From: Desulfobacteraceae bacterium UBA2174
GTDB lineage: Bacteria; Desulfobacterota; Desulfobacteria; Desulfobacterales; UBA2174
NCBI GenBank assembly: GCA_002327445.1
Contig: DCWA01000009.1
Coordinates: forward strand, 7,181-71,180
Length of the DNA stretch: 64,000 bases
Direction of reading: 5' to 3'
Position numbers and translations under genes: made by a program. Of this stretch, positions 9,718 through 19,643 are shown piece by piece (the stretch's first letter is position 1; each line of letters opens with the position of its first letter). The notes under the pieces are model-generated. The model worked only from the letters and a program-made list of their open reading frames with translations, made no database searches and was not told the origin of the DNA.

Positions 9718-10997
9718 TTTCCGTCATCGGCCTCGTTTTTCTCGTTACCCTTTTTCTCGGATTTCCCGTGGCCCTCTGCCTGGGGCTGACCTCGCTTTCC
9801 GGGCTGCTGATCATGGATACGCCTCTCATCCTGCTGGCCCAGCGGTTTTTCCAGGGGATGAATTCGTTTCCCCTCATGGCGGTTCCGTTTTTTGTGTTGG
9901 CGGGCGACTTGATGAACCAGGGCGGCACTACCCAGCGCCTCATCAACTTCGCCAGCATGCTGGTGGGCCGGGTGCCCGGCGGCCTGGCCCACACCAATGT
10001 CGTGGCCTCCATGTTCTTCGGTGGCATCAGCGGTTCAGCGGTGGCCGACACCGCGGCCCTCGGCCCGATCCTCATTCCCGGCATGGTCCGCAAGGGGTAC
10101 AGCCCGGGCTTCAGCGCCGCTATCACGGCCGCTTCGTCCACCATGGGGCCGATCATCCCGCCTTCGATCTTCATGGTCATCCTCGGTGTGACCACCGGTT
10201 TGTCCATCGGCGGACTCTTTGTGGCGGGGATCATCCCCGGCTTGATGCTGGGCCTGGGCATGATCGCCTACAGCTATGTGGTGGCCATCCGGCGCAACTA
10301 CCCCCGTGAAACCCAACCGGTCACCATGAAGCGTTTCCTGCGCGAAACGGTTTCCGCCGTGCCAGCCCTGATGGCGCCGCTGATCATCCTCGGCGGTATT
10401 CTCGGCGGTGTGTTCACCCCCACCGAAGCCGCGGCCGTAGCGGTATTCTATTCGACCTTTCTCGGCGTATTCGTCTATCGTGAAATGAGCATCAAGAAAT
10501 TCATCGACGTGCTCATCAACAGCGGGGTCACCACTTCCGTACTGCTGCTGATCATCGGCATGGCCAACATCTTCGCCTGGGTCCTCACCGCCGAACAAAT
10601 TCCGGGTCGCATCGCCAGCGGCCTGCTTTCCATCACTTCCAACCCTTACATGATCCTCCTGCTGATCAACGCTTTTCTCCTCTTTGCGGGTATGTTCCTC
10701 GAAGGGGGGGCGGCCATCATCATCCTGGCGCCGACCCTGTTGGCAGTCGCCGAAGGCGTGGGCATCGAACCGCTGCATTTCGGCATGATCATGGTGCTGA
10801 ATATCGTCATCGGGCTGCTTACGCCGCCGCTGGGGGTGTGCCTTTTCGTGGTGTGCGGCATCACGGGGCTCAGTCTCGGACGCGTCACCAAGGCGATTCT
10901 TCCGTTTTTGTGGATCGAAATCGGCGTTCTTGCCGCCGTCACCTACATCCCTGGTCTGGTAACATTTTTACCCCGTATTTTCGGATTTCTGAACTGA
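9714..10997 (+). CDS. dctM: TRAP large permease
   Basis: GISGSAVADTAA, IIPPSI, FTPTEAA, GLLTPPLG. Confidence 0.95.
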   Translation: MISVIGLVFLVTLFLGFPVALCLGLTSLSGLLIMDTPLILLAQRFFQGMNSFPLMAVPFFVLAGDLMNQGGTTQRLINFASMLVGRVPGGLAHTNVVASMFFGGISGSAVADTAALGPILIPGMVRKGYSPGFSAAITAASSTMGPIIPPSIFMVILGVTTGLSIGGLFVAGIIPGLMLGLGMIAYSYVVAIRRNYPRETQPVTMKRFLRETVSAVPALMAPLIILGGILGGVFTPTEAAAVAVFYSTFLGVFVYREMSIKKFIDVLINSGVTTSVLLLIIGMANIFAWVLTAEQIPGRIASGLLSITSNPYMILLLINAFLLFAGMFLEGGAAIIILAPTLLAVAEGVGIEPLHFGMIMVLNIVIGLLTPPLGVCLFVVCGITGLSLGRVTKAILPFLWIEIGVLAAVTYIPGLVTFLPRIFGFLN

Positions 10998-10998
10998 C

Positions 10999-12168
10999 AT
11001 GACTGCACCCATCGCCCCCTGCGTTTGCGGCATCGGCTTCAGCGCCATCCGGCGCATGATGCTCATGGCCAAGGACTACGAAGACGTGGTCACCCTCGGC
11101 ATCGGCGAACCCGACATGCACACCCCCGAACACGTGGTGCGCGCCGCCCTCGCCGACGCCTTGGCCGGGTGGACCCACTACGCCCACTCCCAGGGAGACC
11201 CGGAGCTGCGCCAAGCCATCTCCGAACGGCTGGCCGCGGCCGGCCGGCACGTCGCTCCGGAGCGGATCCAGATCACCGCCGGCGGCATGGGGGCCCTGAC
11301 GGCGGCCCTGCGCACCCTGCTGTGCCAAGGGGACGAGGTGATCGTGCCGGAGCCCCATTTTCCGGACTATGCGGCCCACGCGGGCTTCGCCGGCGGCCGC
11401 CTGGTGGCCGTGCCGGCGCACTTCGAGGACGAATTCGTGGTCCGCCCCGAAGCCATTGAAGCCGCCATCACCGACCGCACCCGGGTCATCCTGCTCAACA
11501 GTCCCTGCAACCCCACCGGAGCGGTGATCCCGGCCGACGTGCTGGAGGCCATAGCCGACATCGCTTGCCGCCACGACCTGTTCGTCATCTCGGACGAGGT
11601 TTACGACAGCTTGAGCTTCGACGGCCCGGCTCCCGGGATCCTGGAACAGCCGGGCATGGCGGAGCGCACCCTGGTGGTCAACTCCTTTTCCAAGACCTTC
11701 GCCATGACCGGCTGGCGCGTGGGCTACGCCTACGGACCCGAGTGGTTCATGCGCGAAATGATCAAGGTGGTCAGCTACACGACGGCCTCCACTAGCACCC
11801 CGGGCCAGCGGGCCGCCCTGGCCGCCCTGCGCGGCCCCATGGAACCCTTCGCCGCCATGGTGGAAGCCTTCGCCCGCCGCTCGGCCTACGTCTACAGCCG
11901 GGTGGCGGCCATGCCCGGCCTGCGCGTCAACCGGCCCCGAGGCACCTTCTACCTCTTCGTGGACGTCTTGGGCATCGGCATGGACGGCCTCGCCTTTGCC
12001 GAGGAGCTGCTCCGGGCCGAGCAGGTGGTGGTGATCCCGGGCCGCACCTTCGGCCCCTCCTGCGCCGGCTTCGTGCGTCTGGCCTGCACCGTGCCCATGG
12101 ACCGCCTGGAAATCGCCATGGACCGCCTGGAGCGCTTCGTCTCCCGGCAAACCGGGACCCGACGATGA
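10999..12168 (+). CDS. Class I/II PLP aminotransferase (aspartate aminotransferase-like)
   Basis: GEPD, NSPCNPTG, SDEVY, SFSKTFAMTGWRVGY. Confidence 0.93.
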   Translation: MTAPIAPCVCGIGFSAIRRMMLMAKDYEDVVTLGIGEPDMHTPEHVVRAALADALAGWTHYAHSQGDPELRQAISERLAAAGRHVAPERIQITAGGMGALTAALRTLLCQGDEVIVPEPHFPDYAAHAGFAGGRLVAVPAHFEDEFVVRPEAIEAAITDRTRVILLNSPCNPTGAVIPADVLEAIADIACRHDLFVISDEVYDSLSFDGPAPGILEQPGMAERTLVVNSFSKTFAMTGWRVGYAYGPEWFMREMIKVVSYTTASTSTPGQRAALAALRGPMEPFAAMVEAFARRSAYVYSRVAAMPGLRVNRPRGTFYLFVDVLGIGMDGLAFAEELLRAEQVVVIPGRTFGPSCAGFVRLACTVPMDRLEIAMDRLERFVSRQTGTRR

Positions 12169-13556
12169 GCCTGCACCCCGAATTGACCAAGGCCCTGAAA
12201 AAAATCCTCGCCGGCGGCTACCTCGACGCCCCCGAAGATCTGCGCAGCTATAGCTGCGACATGTTCGGCCGCGGCTTGCCCCAGGCCGTGGGGCTGCCGG
12301 AATCCACCGAACAGACGGCCGAAATCCTCGCCCTGGCCCGGCGCTTCGAGACGCCCGTCACCCCGCGCGGCGCCGGCACCAGCCTCACCGGCGGACCGGT
12401 GCCCCTGCGCGGCGGGCTCGTTCTGGGCACGGCGCGGATGAACCGCATTCTCGACCTCTCCCCGGGCGACCGCATCGCCCGGGTCCAGGCCGGGGTCGTC
12501 ACCGGCCGGCTCCAGCAGGCCGTGCTGGAGAAAGGGCTCTTCTACCCGCCCAACCCCACCTCGGCCGACTACTGCACCCTGGGCGGCAACGTGGCCACCA
12601 ATGCCGGCGGCGCCAGCGGGGTCAAGTACGGGGTTACCCGCGATTATCTCACCGGTCTGACCGCCGTGCTGGCCGGCGGTGAAATCCTTGCCACCGGCGG
12701 CCGCTGCATGAAGGACGTGGCCGGCTACGACCTCACCCGGCTCCTCTGCGGCAGCGAGGGCCGCCTGGCTGTCATCACCGAGGCCCGGGTGCGGCTTCTG
12801 CCCCGCCCCGAGGCGGTGCGGGCCCTGAGCGCCTATTTCGGCGACCTGAAGGCCACGGCCGAGGCGGTAGCCGCCATCATGTCCGCCGGTTTCGCCCCCT
12901 GCACGCTGGAGTTGATGGACCGCGCCTTCCTGGAAGCGGTGCGCCGGGCCTATGATTTCCAGTTCCCCCCGGAGGCCCGGGCCCTGCTGCTCATCGAAGT
13001 GGACGGCCCGGCGGAGGCCGTGAACGGCCAGATGGCGGCCATCGCCCGCCTGCTGCAAGGCCAGGGCGCCTTTGCCGTTTCCGTGGCCGCCGACGAGGCC
13101 GAGCGCCAGATCCTGTGGCGGGCCCGGCGCGGCGGCACGGCGGCCCTCGTGCGCCAGGCCGCCTTCATGGTGAGCCTCGATTATGCCGTCCCCGTCTCGC
13201 GGCTGCCCGAGGCCGTGGCCCGCATGGGCGACATCGGCCGCCGCCACGGCCTCAAGGTGGTGATGATCGCCCACGCCGGCGACGGCAATCTCCACCCCAT
13301 GGTGATCTACGATCCGGCCGACGCCCGCCAGGCGGCCGCCTATGCCGCCTTCGAACAGGACGCCTGCCGGGCAATCCTCGATTTGGGGGGCACCCTCAGT
13401 GGCGAACACGGGATCGGCATGGAAAAAGCCGGTCTCCTGGACCGCCAACTCTCCCCGGCCTTCCTGCGGCTGTCCCGGGGCATCAAGCGGGTCTTCGATC
13501 CGGCCGGCCTGCTTAATCCCGGCAAGTGCGAGGACGCCTGCGGCGGCCATGAGTGA
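12165..13556 (+). CDS. glcD: FAD-linked 2-hydroxyacid oxidoreductase (GlcD/D-lactate dehydrogenase family)
   Basis: PRGAGTSLTGG, TLGGNVATNAGG, GYDL, HAGDGNLH, SGEHGIG, LNPGK. Confidence 0.88.
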   Translation: MSLHPELTKALKKILAGGYLDAPEDLRSYSCDMFGRGLPQAVGLPESTEQTAEILALARRFETPVTPRGAGTSLTGGPVPLRGGLVLGTARMNRILDLSPGDRIARVQAGVVTGRLQQAVLEKGLFYPPNPTSADYCTLGGNVATNAGGASGVKYGVTRDYLTGLTAVLAGGEILATGGRCMKDVAGYDLTRLLCGSEGRLAVITEARVRLLPRPEAVRALSAYFGDLKATAEAVAAIMSAGFAPCTLELMDRAFLEAVRRAYDFQFPPEARALLLIEVDGPAEAVNGQMAAIARLLQGQGAFAVSVAADEAERQILWRARRGGTAALVRQAAFMVSLDYAVPVSRLPEAVARMGDIGRRHGLKVVMIAHAGDGNLHPMVIYDPADARQAAAYAAFEQDACRAILDLGGTLSGEHGIGMEKAGLLDRQLSPAFLRLSRGIKRVFDPAGLLNPGKCEDACGGHE

Positions 13557-14823
13557 GCCTCTGCCCGGGGCCGAACGGCCCGCCGACGCCATCTGCGACC
13601 ACTGCGGCCGCTGCCTCTCCGTCTGCCCGGTCTACCGGCAGTCCCTGGTGGAGACCGACTCGCCCCGCGGCCGGGTCGAACTCACCACCGCCGTCGCCGC
13701 CGGTGAGTTGATCCCGGGACCGCGATTCGCCGAAATCGTCGACCGCTGCCTCCTCTGTCGCGCCTGCACCCTGGCCTGCCCCAAGGGGGTGGACACGCCT
13801 TCACGGGTCATCCGGGCAAGGGCCGATCTCCTGCGAAGCCGCGGCTTGACCGCGCGGCTCGGCGGGGCCGTCATGGACGCCCTCATCGCCCACCGCGATC
13901 TCATGGCCGCCGCCGTGCGCCTGGGGGGAATGATCTTCAAAGGCTTGCCGGCCGACGACACCGGGCGCCGCCACTTTCCCGAATACCTCCCCCGGATGCT
14001 CGCCGGCCGGGGGGTTCCGCCCGTTTCGGCAAGGCCGCTGCGAAAGATCCTTCCCGTCCGCGTGCCCCGGGCCGCCGGATCGAAAAACCGCGGCACGGCC
14101 GTATTCTTCTCCGGCTGCTATTATGGCCTGGTGGATCCCGGTCCGGCCGAGGCGGCCGTAAGGCTGCTCTCCCTGAACGGCTTCGATGTGATCATTCCGC
14201 CGGATCAGCAGTGCTGCGGAGCCCCGGCCCTGTTCAGCGGCCGACTGGAAGGCTTTCGGGCGGCGATGCGGCGCAACCTGCGCGTCCTGGCGGCCCTGGA
14301 CGGCCCGGTGATTTCGGCCTGCCCCACCTGTGCATCGGCGCTGCGGATCGACTACCCGGCCGAAGCGGACCGCCTGGGCGGACCGGAGGCGGATCTCGCC
14401 AGAGGACTGGCCGGCCGCGTCCGGGAAGCGGTCACCTTCCTCGCCGACCTCGATCATCCGGTTCTACCCGGCCGGGAGCCGGCCGTGAACCGCGTGGCCA
14501 TCCACCAGCCCTGCCACTTCGTCCATGCCGGCGGTGACAGCCAGGCCCCGGCCGACCTTCTGAAGCGGCGTGGGGTGGACGTCGTTTTGAACGGAACCGG
14601 CCTCTGCTGCGGCGGCGGAGGCGTCTCGAGCCTGAACAATCCGGACCTGGCCGCCCCCCTGGGCAGAGCAGTGGCCAAAACGATGGCGGCCAGCGGCGCC
14701 GAGGCGGCTCTGGCCGCCTGCCCGGGATGCGTCCTGCAGATCGGCAGTCATCTGGGGCGCCTCGGCCACGCCATGCCCGCCCTGCACCCCCTTGAACTCC
14801 TTGACGGCAAAGAATCGAAATGA
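13549..14823 (+). CDS. glcF: GlcF-like Fe-S protein (two 4Fe-4S motifs + two CCG domains)
   Basis: CxxCxxCxxxCP twice, QCCG, HQPCH, LCCG, ACPGC. Confidence 0.88.
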   Translation: MSEPLPGAERPADAICDHCGRCLSVCPVYRQSLVETDSPRGRVELTTAVAAGELIPGPRFAEIVDRCLLCRACTLACPKGVDTPSRVIRARADLLRSRGLTARLGGAVMDALIAHRDLMAAAVRLGGMIFKGLPADDTGRRHFPEYLPRMLAGRGVPPVSARPLRKILPVRVPRAAGSKNRGTAVFFSGCYYGLVDPGPAEAAVRLLSLNGFDVIIPPDQQCCGAPALFSGRLEGFRAAMRRNLRVLAALDGPVISACPTCASALRIDYPAEADRLGGPEADLARGLAGRVREAVTFLADLDHPVLPGREPAVNRVAIHQPCHFVHAGGDSQAPADLLKRRGVDVVLNGTGLCCGGGGVSSLNNPDLAAPLGRAVAKTMAASGAEAALAACPGCVLQIGSHLGRLGHAMPALHPLELLDGKESK

Positions 14824-16460
14824 CTCTGAAAAACAAACCGACCCTCTGGACCAACGGCGATGTGGTGACCATGGATCCGAACCTGCCCCGCGGCGGGGCC
14901 GTGCTCGTTCGCGGCGGACGGGTGGAGGCCGTCGGTCCGGCGGCCCTGGCACTGGCCGGCGAAGGGGTCCGGCGCGTCGATCTCGGCGGCGCCTGCCTGG
15001 TGCCCGGCTTCACCGAAAGCCACATGCACTACTTCGAATGGTCCCTGGGGTTGCAGCGTCTCATGCTCGACGGGGCGGGTTGCCTGGCCGACCTCCTGGA
15101 TGCCGTAGCGGCGGAAGCGGCGCGGCCGGAGTGTTCATGGGTCATCGGTTTCGGCTGGTACGAAGGCGGCTGGCCCGACGTGGCGGACCGGCCCCTGCCC
15201 TACCCGACTCGCCAGGACCTGGACCGCGTCTGTCCGTCCAAGCCGGCGATCCTCTGGCGGGCCGATCTCCACCTGGCCGTGGCCAACAGCGCCGCCCTGG
15301 CCGCGGCCGGAATCGACCGGTCCACCCCAGACCCGCCCATGGGCCGCATCGACCGGGGTCCGGACGGGGAACCCACCGGCGTCCTGCGGGACTGGGCCAT
15401 CAATCCGGTGCGGCGCCTGGCTTTGGCCTCGCTGGAGGAAGCGGAGATCGACGCGGCCTTCGCCGAGGCCCAGATCGAACTGCACCGCTACGGCATCACC
15501 GGCCTGCACGACCTGCGCCTCATGGGCGGGCTGGAGGCCGGCACCGCCTTCGCGGCCTGGCAGCGGCTGCGGCATTCGGGCCGCATGCGCCTGCGCGCCT
15601 GGTGCTGCATGGCGGGCGAAGACCTCGAAACCGGCCTCCGCCTCGGCCTGCGCACCGGGCTGGGCGACGAGTGGCTCCGGGTGGGCCACTATAAATTCTA
15701 TACCGACGGCTCCATGGGCGCCCGCACCGCCTGGGTCATGAAACCCTATGCCAGCCAACGAGACACCGGCGGATGCGGTCTGCCGCTGTTTCCCCTGGAG
15801 GAGATCGGCCGCCTGCTGGATCTGGGCCGCCGCAGCGGCAATGCCCTGACCATCCATGCCATCGGCGACCGGGCCGTGCACCACCTGGCCAGGATTTTCG
15901 CCGCCGCCGAATCCCGGCCGCGAGCCGGCGGCTTCGCGCCGGACCGTATCGAGCACTTGCAGATGGTGCGGCCCGAGGACATGGCGCGGCTCGCCTCGCT
16001 GAAATCCGGCAGTGTGGCCGTATCGGCCCAGCCGATGCACCTGCTGCTGGACAAGGAGATGATCGACAGGGAATTCGGGGAGTTGGGTCGCTTCACCTAC
16101 CCCTTCGCATCGATCCTGGCCGCCGGCCTGCCTTTGGCCTTCGGCTCGGACTGCCCGGTAACGCACTTCGATCCCCTGCGGGGGATCCATGCCGCGGTGG
16201 CCCGGAGCTTCCCCGGCCAGGAGGACCAGCCCTGGCACGCGCAGGAACGCATCGGCGCCGCGGAGGCGTTGCACGCCTACACGGTGGGACCGGCCGTCTC
16301 CTGCGGCCTTCAGGATGAAAAGGGTGCCATCGCGCCGGGAATGCTCGCCGACTTCGCCATTTTGTCGGCCAATCCCCTCGAAGTGGCTCCGGCCGAACTG
16401 CCCGGTTTGCAGGTGTTGAAAACCGTGGTCGGCGGGGAGGTCGTCTTTTCGAGGCCGTGA
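14820..16460 (+). CDS. Amidohydrolase (YtcJ-like, amidohydrolase_3)
   Basis: PGFTESHMH, DGSMGARTA, HAIGDRA, RIEHLQ, FGSDCPV, GMLADF. Confidence 0.9.
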   Translation: MTLKNKPTLWTNGDVVTMDPNLPRGGAVLVRGGRVEAVGPAALALAGEGVRRVDLGGACLVPGFTESHMHYFEWSLGLQRLMLDGAGCLADLLDAVAAEAARPECSWVIGFGWYEGGWPDVADRPLPYPTRQDLDRVCPSKPAILWRADLHLAVANSAALAAAGIDRSTPDPPMGRIDRGPDGEPTGVLRDWAINPVRRLALASLEEAEIDAAFAEAQIELHRYGITGLHDLRLMGGLEAGTAFAAWQRLRHSGRMRLRAWCCMAGEDLETGLRLGLRTGLGDEWLRVGHYKFYTDGSMGARTAWVMKPYASQRDTGGCGLPLFPLEEIGRLLDLGRRSGNALTIHAIGDRAVHHLARIFAAAESRPRAGGFAPDRIEHLQMVRPEDMARLASLKSGSVAVSAQPMHLLLDKEMIDREFGELGRFTYPFASILAAGLPLAFGSDCPVTHFDPLRGIHAAVARSFPGQEDQPWHAQERIGAAEALHAYTVGPAVSCGLQDEKGAIAPGMLADFAILSANPLEVAPAELPGLQVLKTVVGGEVVFSRP

Positions 16461-16526
16461 TTCGTCCAGCCCGTTTCATCCGCCGCAGCGGCGGCCTCGA
16501 CCGGAAAAGCACGCAGACGAATGCCC

Positions 16527-17546
16527 TCAGCCGCTCATCCAGACGCCGAAGCGCCAGCGCCAGACCAGGGGCGGGATGAAGGTGAACAGCGTAAAACCGA
16601 TCGCCGCCAGTGCGGCGACCGCCGCGGCCCGCCTCCCCCGCCCTTCGGCGCCTGGAACCCGGCCGGCGCAACGGGCGGCCGTCAGGGCCGCGGGGGCCTC
16701 CAAGGCAACGGCGGCCAGCAGGCCGAACAGCAGGTAGCCGATGCGATGTTGCTCGGGCAGAAACAGGCACCAGGGGCAATGGTGATGGAGCACCCCGTAG
16801 TAATAGGCTGAAAGCACCCGCACCAGGGTCAGGGCCGCCAACGCCGACCAGACGGGGCCGACCACGGCCAGCACGCCGGCCCGGGCAACCCGTTGCGGCC
16901 GATGCCTCACCGCCCCCGCCACCGTCAGCAGCGACAGGCCGAGCACCAGGGTCCCGCCCACCAGGCCGCGGTCTGAAATCCCGGCCCACCGGCCGGCCTC
17001 GGCAAGGCTACGGAATTGGTCGTAGACGACACTGCAGCAGCTCACCGGATCCCGGGTGTTCAGGTGTGCCAGGCCTTGCGCGGTATCCACCGCCGCCAGC
17101 AGGGCCAGGGGCAGCACGGCGCAAAAGAGGCGCGCCACCAATGGCGCCAGGGCCGCATCCGCCAGCCGCCGGTGGAGCCCCTCCAGCACCGCCCACTGGT
17201 AGCCGACCCAAAGGGCCAGCATCCGCAGGGACAGGGCGCGGGGACCGAGTTCTGCCATGGCTTGCAGCACCCCCGTGCCGCACATGGCCCCGGGAACCAG
17301 CTCCACCAGCACCCCGCTGACCGCCGCGATCCAGATCAGGGTGGCGACGAAAAAAAAGATCATCGCCCAGCGCATCTTGAAGAAGGCGGTCTCGGCCCCC
17401 AGCTCACGGCGGATCTGGGCCGCATCGCTGCCGGCCGGCGCCCAGGCCGACGCCGCATCCAGCGCGGCCGGAAGACCGGTGCACATCAACAGCAGCGCCA
17501 GCAGGTCGAGGGCCAGGACGCTCAGGCCGAACGGGTGCCAGATCAT
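16527..17546 (-). CDS. Cys/His-motif polytopic membrane protein of the NosL/ABC cluster
   Basis: Multiple TM segments with GAMC, SCCS and HHHCPWC motifs; start overlaps stop of the ABC ATPase. Confidence 0.7.
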   Translation of the reverse strand: MIWHPFGLSVLALDLLALLLMCTGLPAALDAASAWAPAGSDAAQIRRELGAETAFFKMRWAMIFFFVATLIWIAAVSGVLVELVPGAMCGTGVLQAMAELGPRALSLRMLALWVGYQWAVLEGLHRRLADAALAPLVARLFCAVLPLALLAAVDTAQGLAHLNTRDPVSCCSVVYDQFRSLAEAGRWAGISDRGLVGGTLVLGLSLLTVAGAVRHRPQRVARAGVLAVVGPVWSALAALTLVRVLSAYYYGVLHHHCPWCLFLPEQHRIGYLLFGLLAAVALEAPAALTAARCAGRVPGAEGRGRRAAAVAALAAIGFTLFTFIPPLVWRWRFGVWMSG

Positions 17547-18226
17547 GGCGCGGGCCGCAACCGGCCGCCTTCGAGAACCCAATGCGCGGCGGCGATGCCG
17601 CTTTGGCGCAGCCGCGGATCATGGGTGGTCACCACCACCACGGCCCCGTCCGCCGCAGCGCCGGCCAGGGCTGCCGCTATCAACGTCATGGCAACGTCGT
17701 CCTGATGGGCGGTGGGTTCGTCGGCCAGCAGAAACCGGGGGCGCCGGGACAGAGCCCGGGCCATGCCGACGCGCTGGGCCTCCCCGCTGGAAAGCTGCCA
17801 GGCCGGCCGATGGGCCAACTGGCCCACGCCGACCGCCTCAAGGGCCGCCTCGGCCCGAGAGCGCCATCGATCCCTCGGAACGCCGAGGGGCACCAAGGCG
17901 AGCATGAGATTTTCCAGGACGCTCAGGTCATCGAAAAACTGCGGCTCCTGAAAGACGATCCCCACCTGCCGGCGCCAGCGGTCCAGATGGGACGTGACCC
18001 AGCGGGATACGGGTTGCCCGTCCGCATCCACCTCGCCGGCGGATGGCCGCTGCAGACCGGCGAGCAGGGTGAGCAAAGTGGTCTTGCCCGCCCCGGTGGG
18101 GCCTGTGATGAGAACCACCTCCCCGGGCCGGGCCGCCAGCGAGACGTCGTCCAGGATCCGTCGCGGGGTGCCGTCCGCCTCGCGGGAGGCTGCCGTCAGG
18201 TGGCAGCAGACCAGCCCTTCGTTCAC
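17543..18226 (-). CDS. ABC transporter ATP-binding protein (LolD/FtsE-like)
   Basis: Walker A GPTGAGKTT, LSSGEAQRV, LLADEPTAH; GTG start overlapping permease stop. Confidence 0.88.
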   Translation of the reverse strand: MNEGLVCCHLTAASREADGTPRRILDDVSLAARPGEVVLITGPTGAGKTTLLTLLAGLQRPSAGEVDADGQPVSRWVTSHLDRWRRQVGIVFQEPQFFDDLSVLENLMLALVPLGVPRDRWRSRAEAALEAVGVGQLAHRPAWQLSSGEAQRVGMARALSRRPRFLLADEPTAHQDDVAMTLIAAALAGAAADGAVVVVTTHDPRLRQSGIAAAHWVLEGGRLRPAP

Positions 18227-19374
18227 CGCCTCGCCCCCCCGGTCAGCAGTTCGAGAGGCGCGTGCACGCTGCCGGCGGCGGCCGGCACCACCACCGCCGC
18301 CAGAAACGGCGCCAGCACGAGGATTCCCGCGTGCACCAGCTCCAGGAGGCTTCCCGTGGAAACCAGGCGCAGGGTCGGCGGCCAGTTGTCCCACCCCAGC
18401 AGCCAGGGACCGATCCAGCCGCCGCCCGGCCAGAAAACCCCCATCCAGGCGGCCAGGGCCCCCAAGGCCACCGCGGGCAAGGCCAGGGCCAGGGCCCGAT
18501 AGAGTCGCCAGCGCACCACATCGGTGCTGCTCCACCCCAAGGCCTTGAGGAGCGCGATCTCCCGGCGCCGCCCCATGCCCTCGCGAACCTGGTACGCCAC
18601 CAGCAGCCCCATGGCGATTGCCGCCGGCACCAGAACGATGACCATCAGTCCGCCGCGCCGGGCCGCCGCCTGGCTGTAGCGTCCCATCGCCTCGGCGCGC
18701 GTGGTGATGTGCACCGGCCAGGGAAAGGCGGCGGTCAGGTCGGCGCCCATCGCCTCGGCCTCCTCCGGGTGGAAGACCTCCAGGGCCAGGTCGCTGGCCT
18801 CGTCCGGCTTCAGGCCAAGGAGACGGCGGGCGTCGGCGGCGTTGAGCCACACCAGGTCATGAGCCACGGGGGAAGCGGCGGCATCGAGGGGTTCGACCGC
18901 CTCCAGAGCCAGCTCCTGCGCCGCCCTCAGGGTCAGGCGACCGTTTTCCAGCGCTCCGGTCAACCCCGGACCCACCCGGGCGCATCCCCGCGCAGGTTCC
19001 GCGCAATCCGTCCCCGCAGGTGCCGCCGAAGGATCGAAGGCCACCACCATGACCGTACCGCCGCCAGCCGCGGCCGTCCCCCAGACCCGCGCCCGGCCGT
19101 CGATGACGCCCGGCACCTGCCGTGCGGCGGCAAGCCCGGCGGCCGCCGGCAGCGGCTTCCAGCCAAGGGCATCCAGACGCCGGACCACCAGCGCCGGCGA
19201 TTGGGACAACCACAGCCGGGCCGTCGCCGTCAGGCCATGCTGCAGAAGCAGCACCATCGCCAGCACGGTGGTCAAGGCCGCCAGACAGAGCCCGGTGAGC
19301 ATCGCCTCGGCGGGGTGCCGCAAGAGGTCGCGGGCGGCCCACAAGGCCAGATCCGGCAGCCAGCGGCGGTTCAT
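18223..19374 (-). CDS. FtsX/LolE-like ABC permease
   Basis: N-terminal TM, large periplasmic domain, RRREIALLKALGW motif, three C-terminal TMs. Confidence 0.82.
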   Translation of the reverse strand: MNRRWLPDLALWAARDLLRHPAEAMLTGLCLAALTTVLAMVLLLQHGLTATARLWLSQSPALVVRRLDALGWKPLPAAAGLAAARQVPGVIDGRARVWGTAAAGGGTVMVVAFDPSAAPAGTDCAEPARGCARVGPGLTGALENGRLTLRAAQELALEAVEPLDAAASPVAHDLVWLNAADARRLLGLKPDEASDLALEVFHPEEAEAMGADLTAAFPWPVHITTRAEAMGRYSQAAARRGGLMVIVLVPAAIAMGLLVAYQVREGMGRRREIALLKALGWSSTDVVRWRLYRALALALPAVALGALAAWMGVFWPGGGWIGPWLLGWDNWPPTLRLVSTGSLLELVHAGILVLAPFLAAVVVPAAAGSVHAPLELLTGGARR

Positions 19375-19643
19375 GGAAACCCCGCCGGCAGCGGCGGCAG
19401 GTGAGGCCCGTGGCGCAGATCAACGGCCGGGTGCAGCAACCGGGGATGGCGGTCGGGGGTCCCGGCCGGCGCCAGGACGAGTTCGGTGGCCGCCAGGCAG
19501 CCGGCCAGGGCGACGGGCAGGGGGCGGGTCTGGTACCAGATTTGCAGCCCGACGGCGGATACGGCCGCCAGCACAACGGATGCCGCCAGGACGGACAGCA
19601 GCCGCCGGGCCGCCTCCATGCGGTCGGCGCCGGAGGCCGGCAT
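19371..19643 (-). CDS. Small membrane-anchored hypothetical protein
   Basis: Fills the gap between nosL-like and permease genes with overlapping start/stop; one TM segment. Confidence 0.5.
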   Translation of the reverse strand: MPASGADRMEAARRLLSVLAASVVLAAVSAVGLQIWYQTRPLPVALAGCLAATELVLAPAGTPDRHPRLLHPAVDLRHGPHLPPLPAGFP

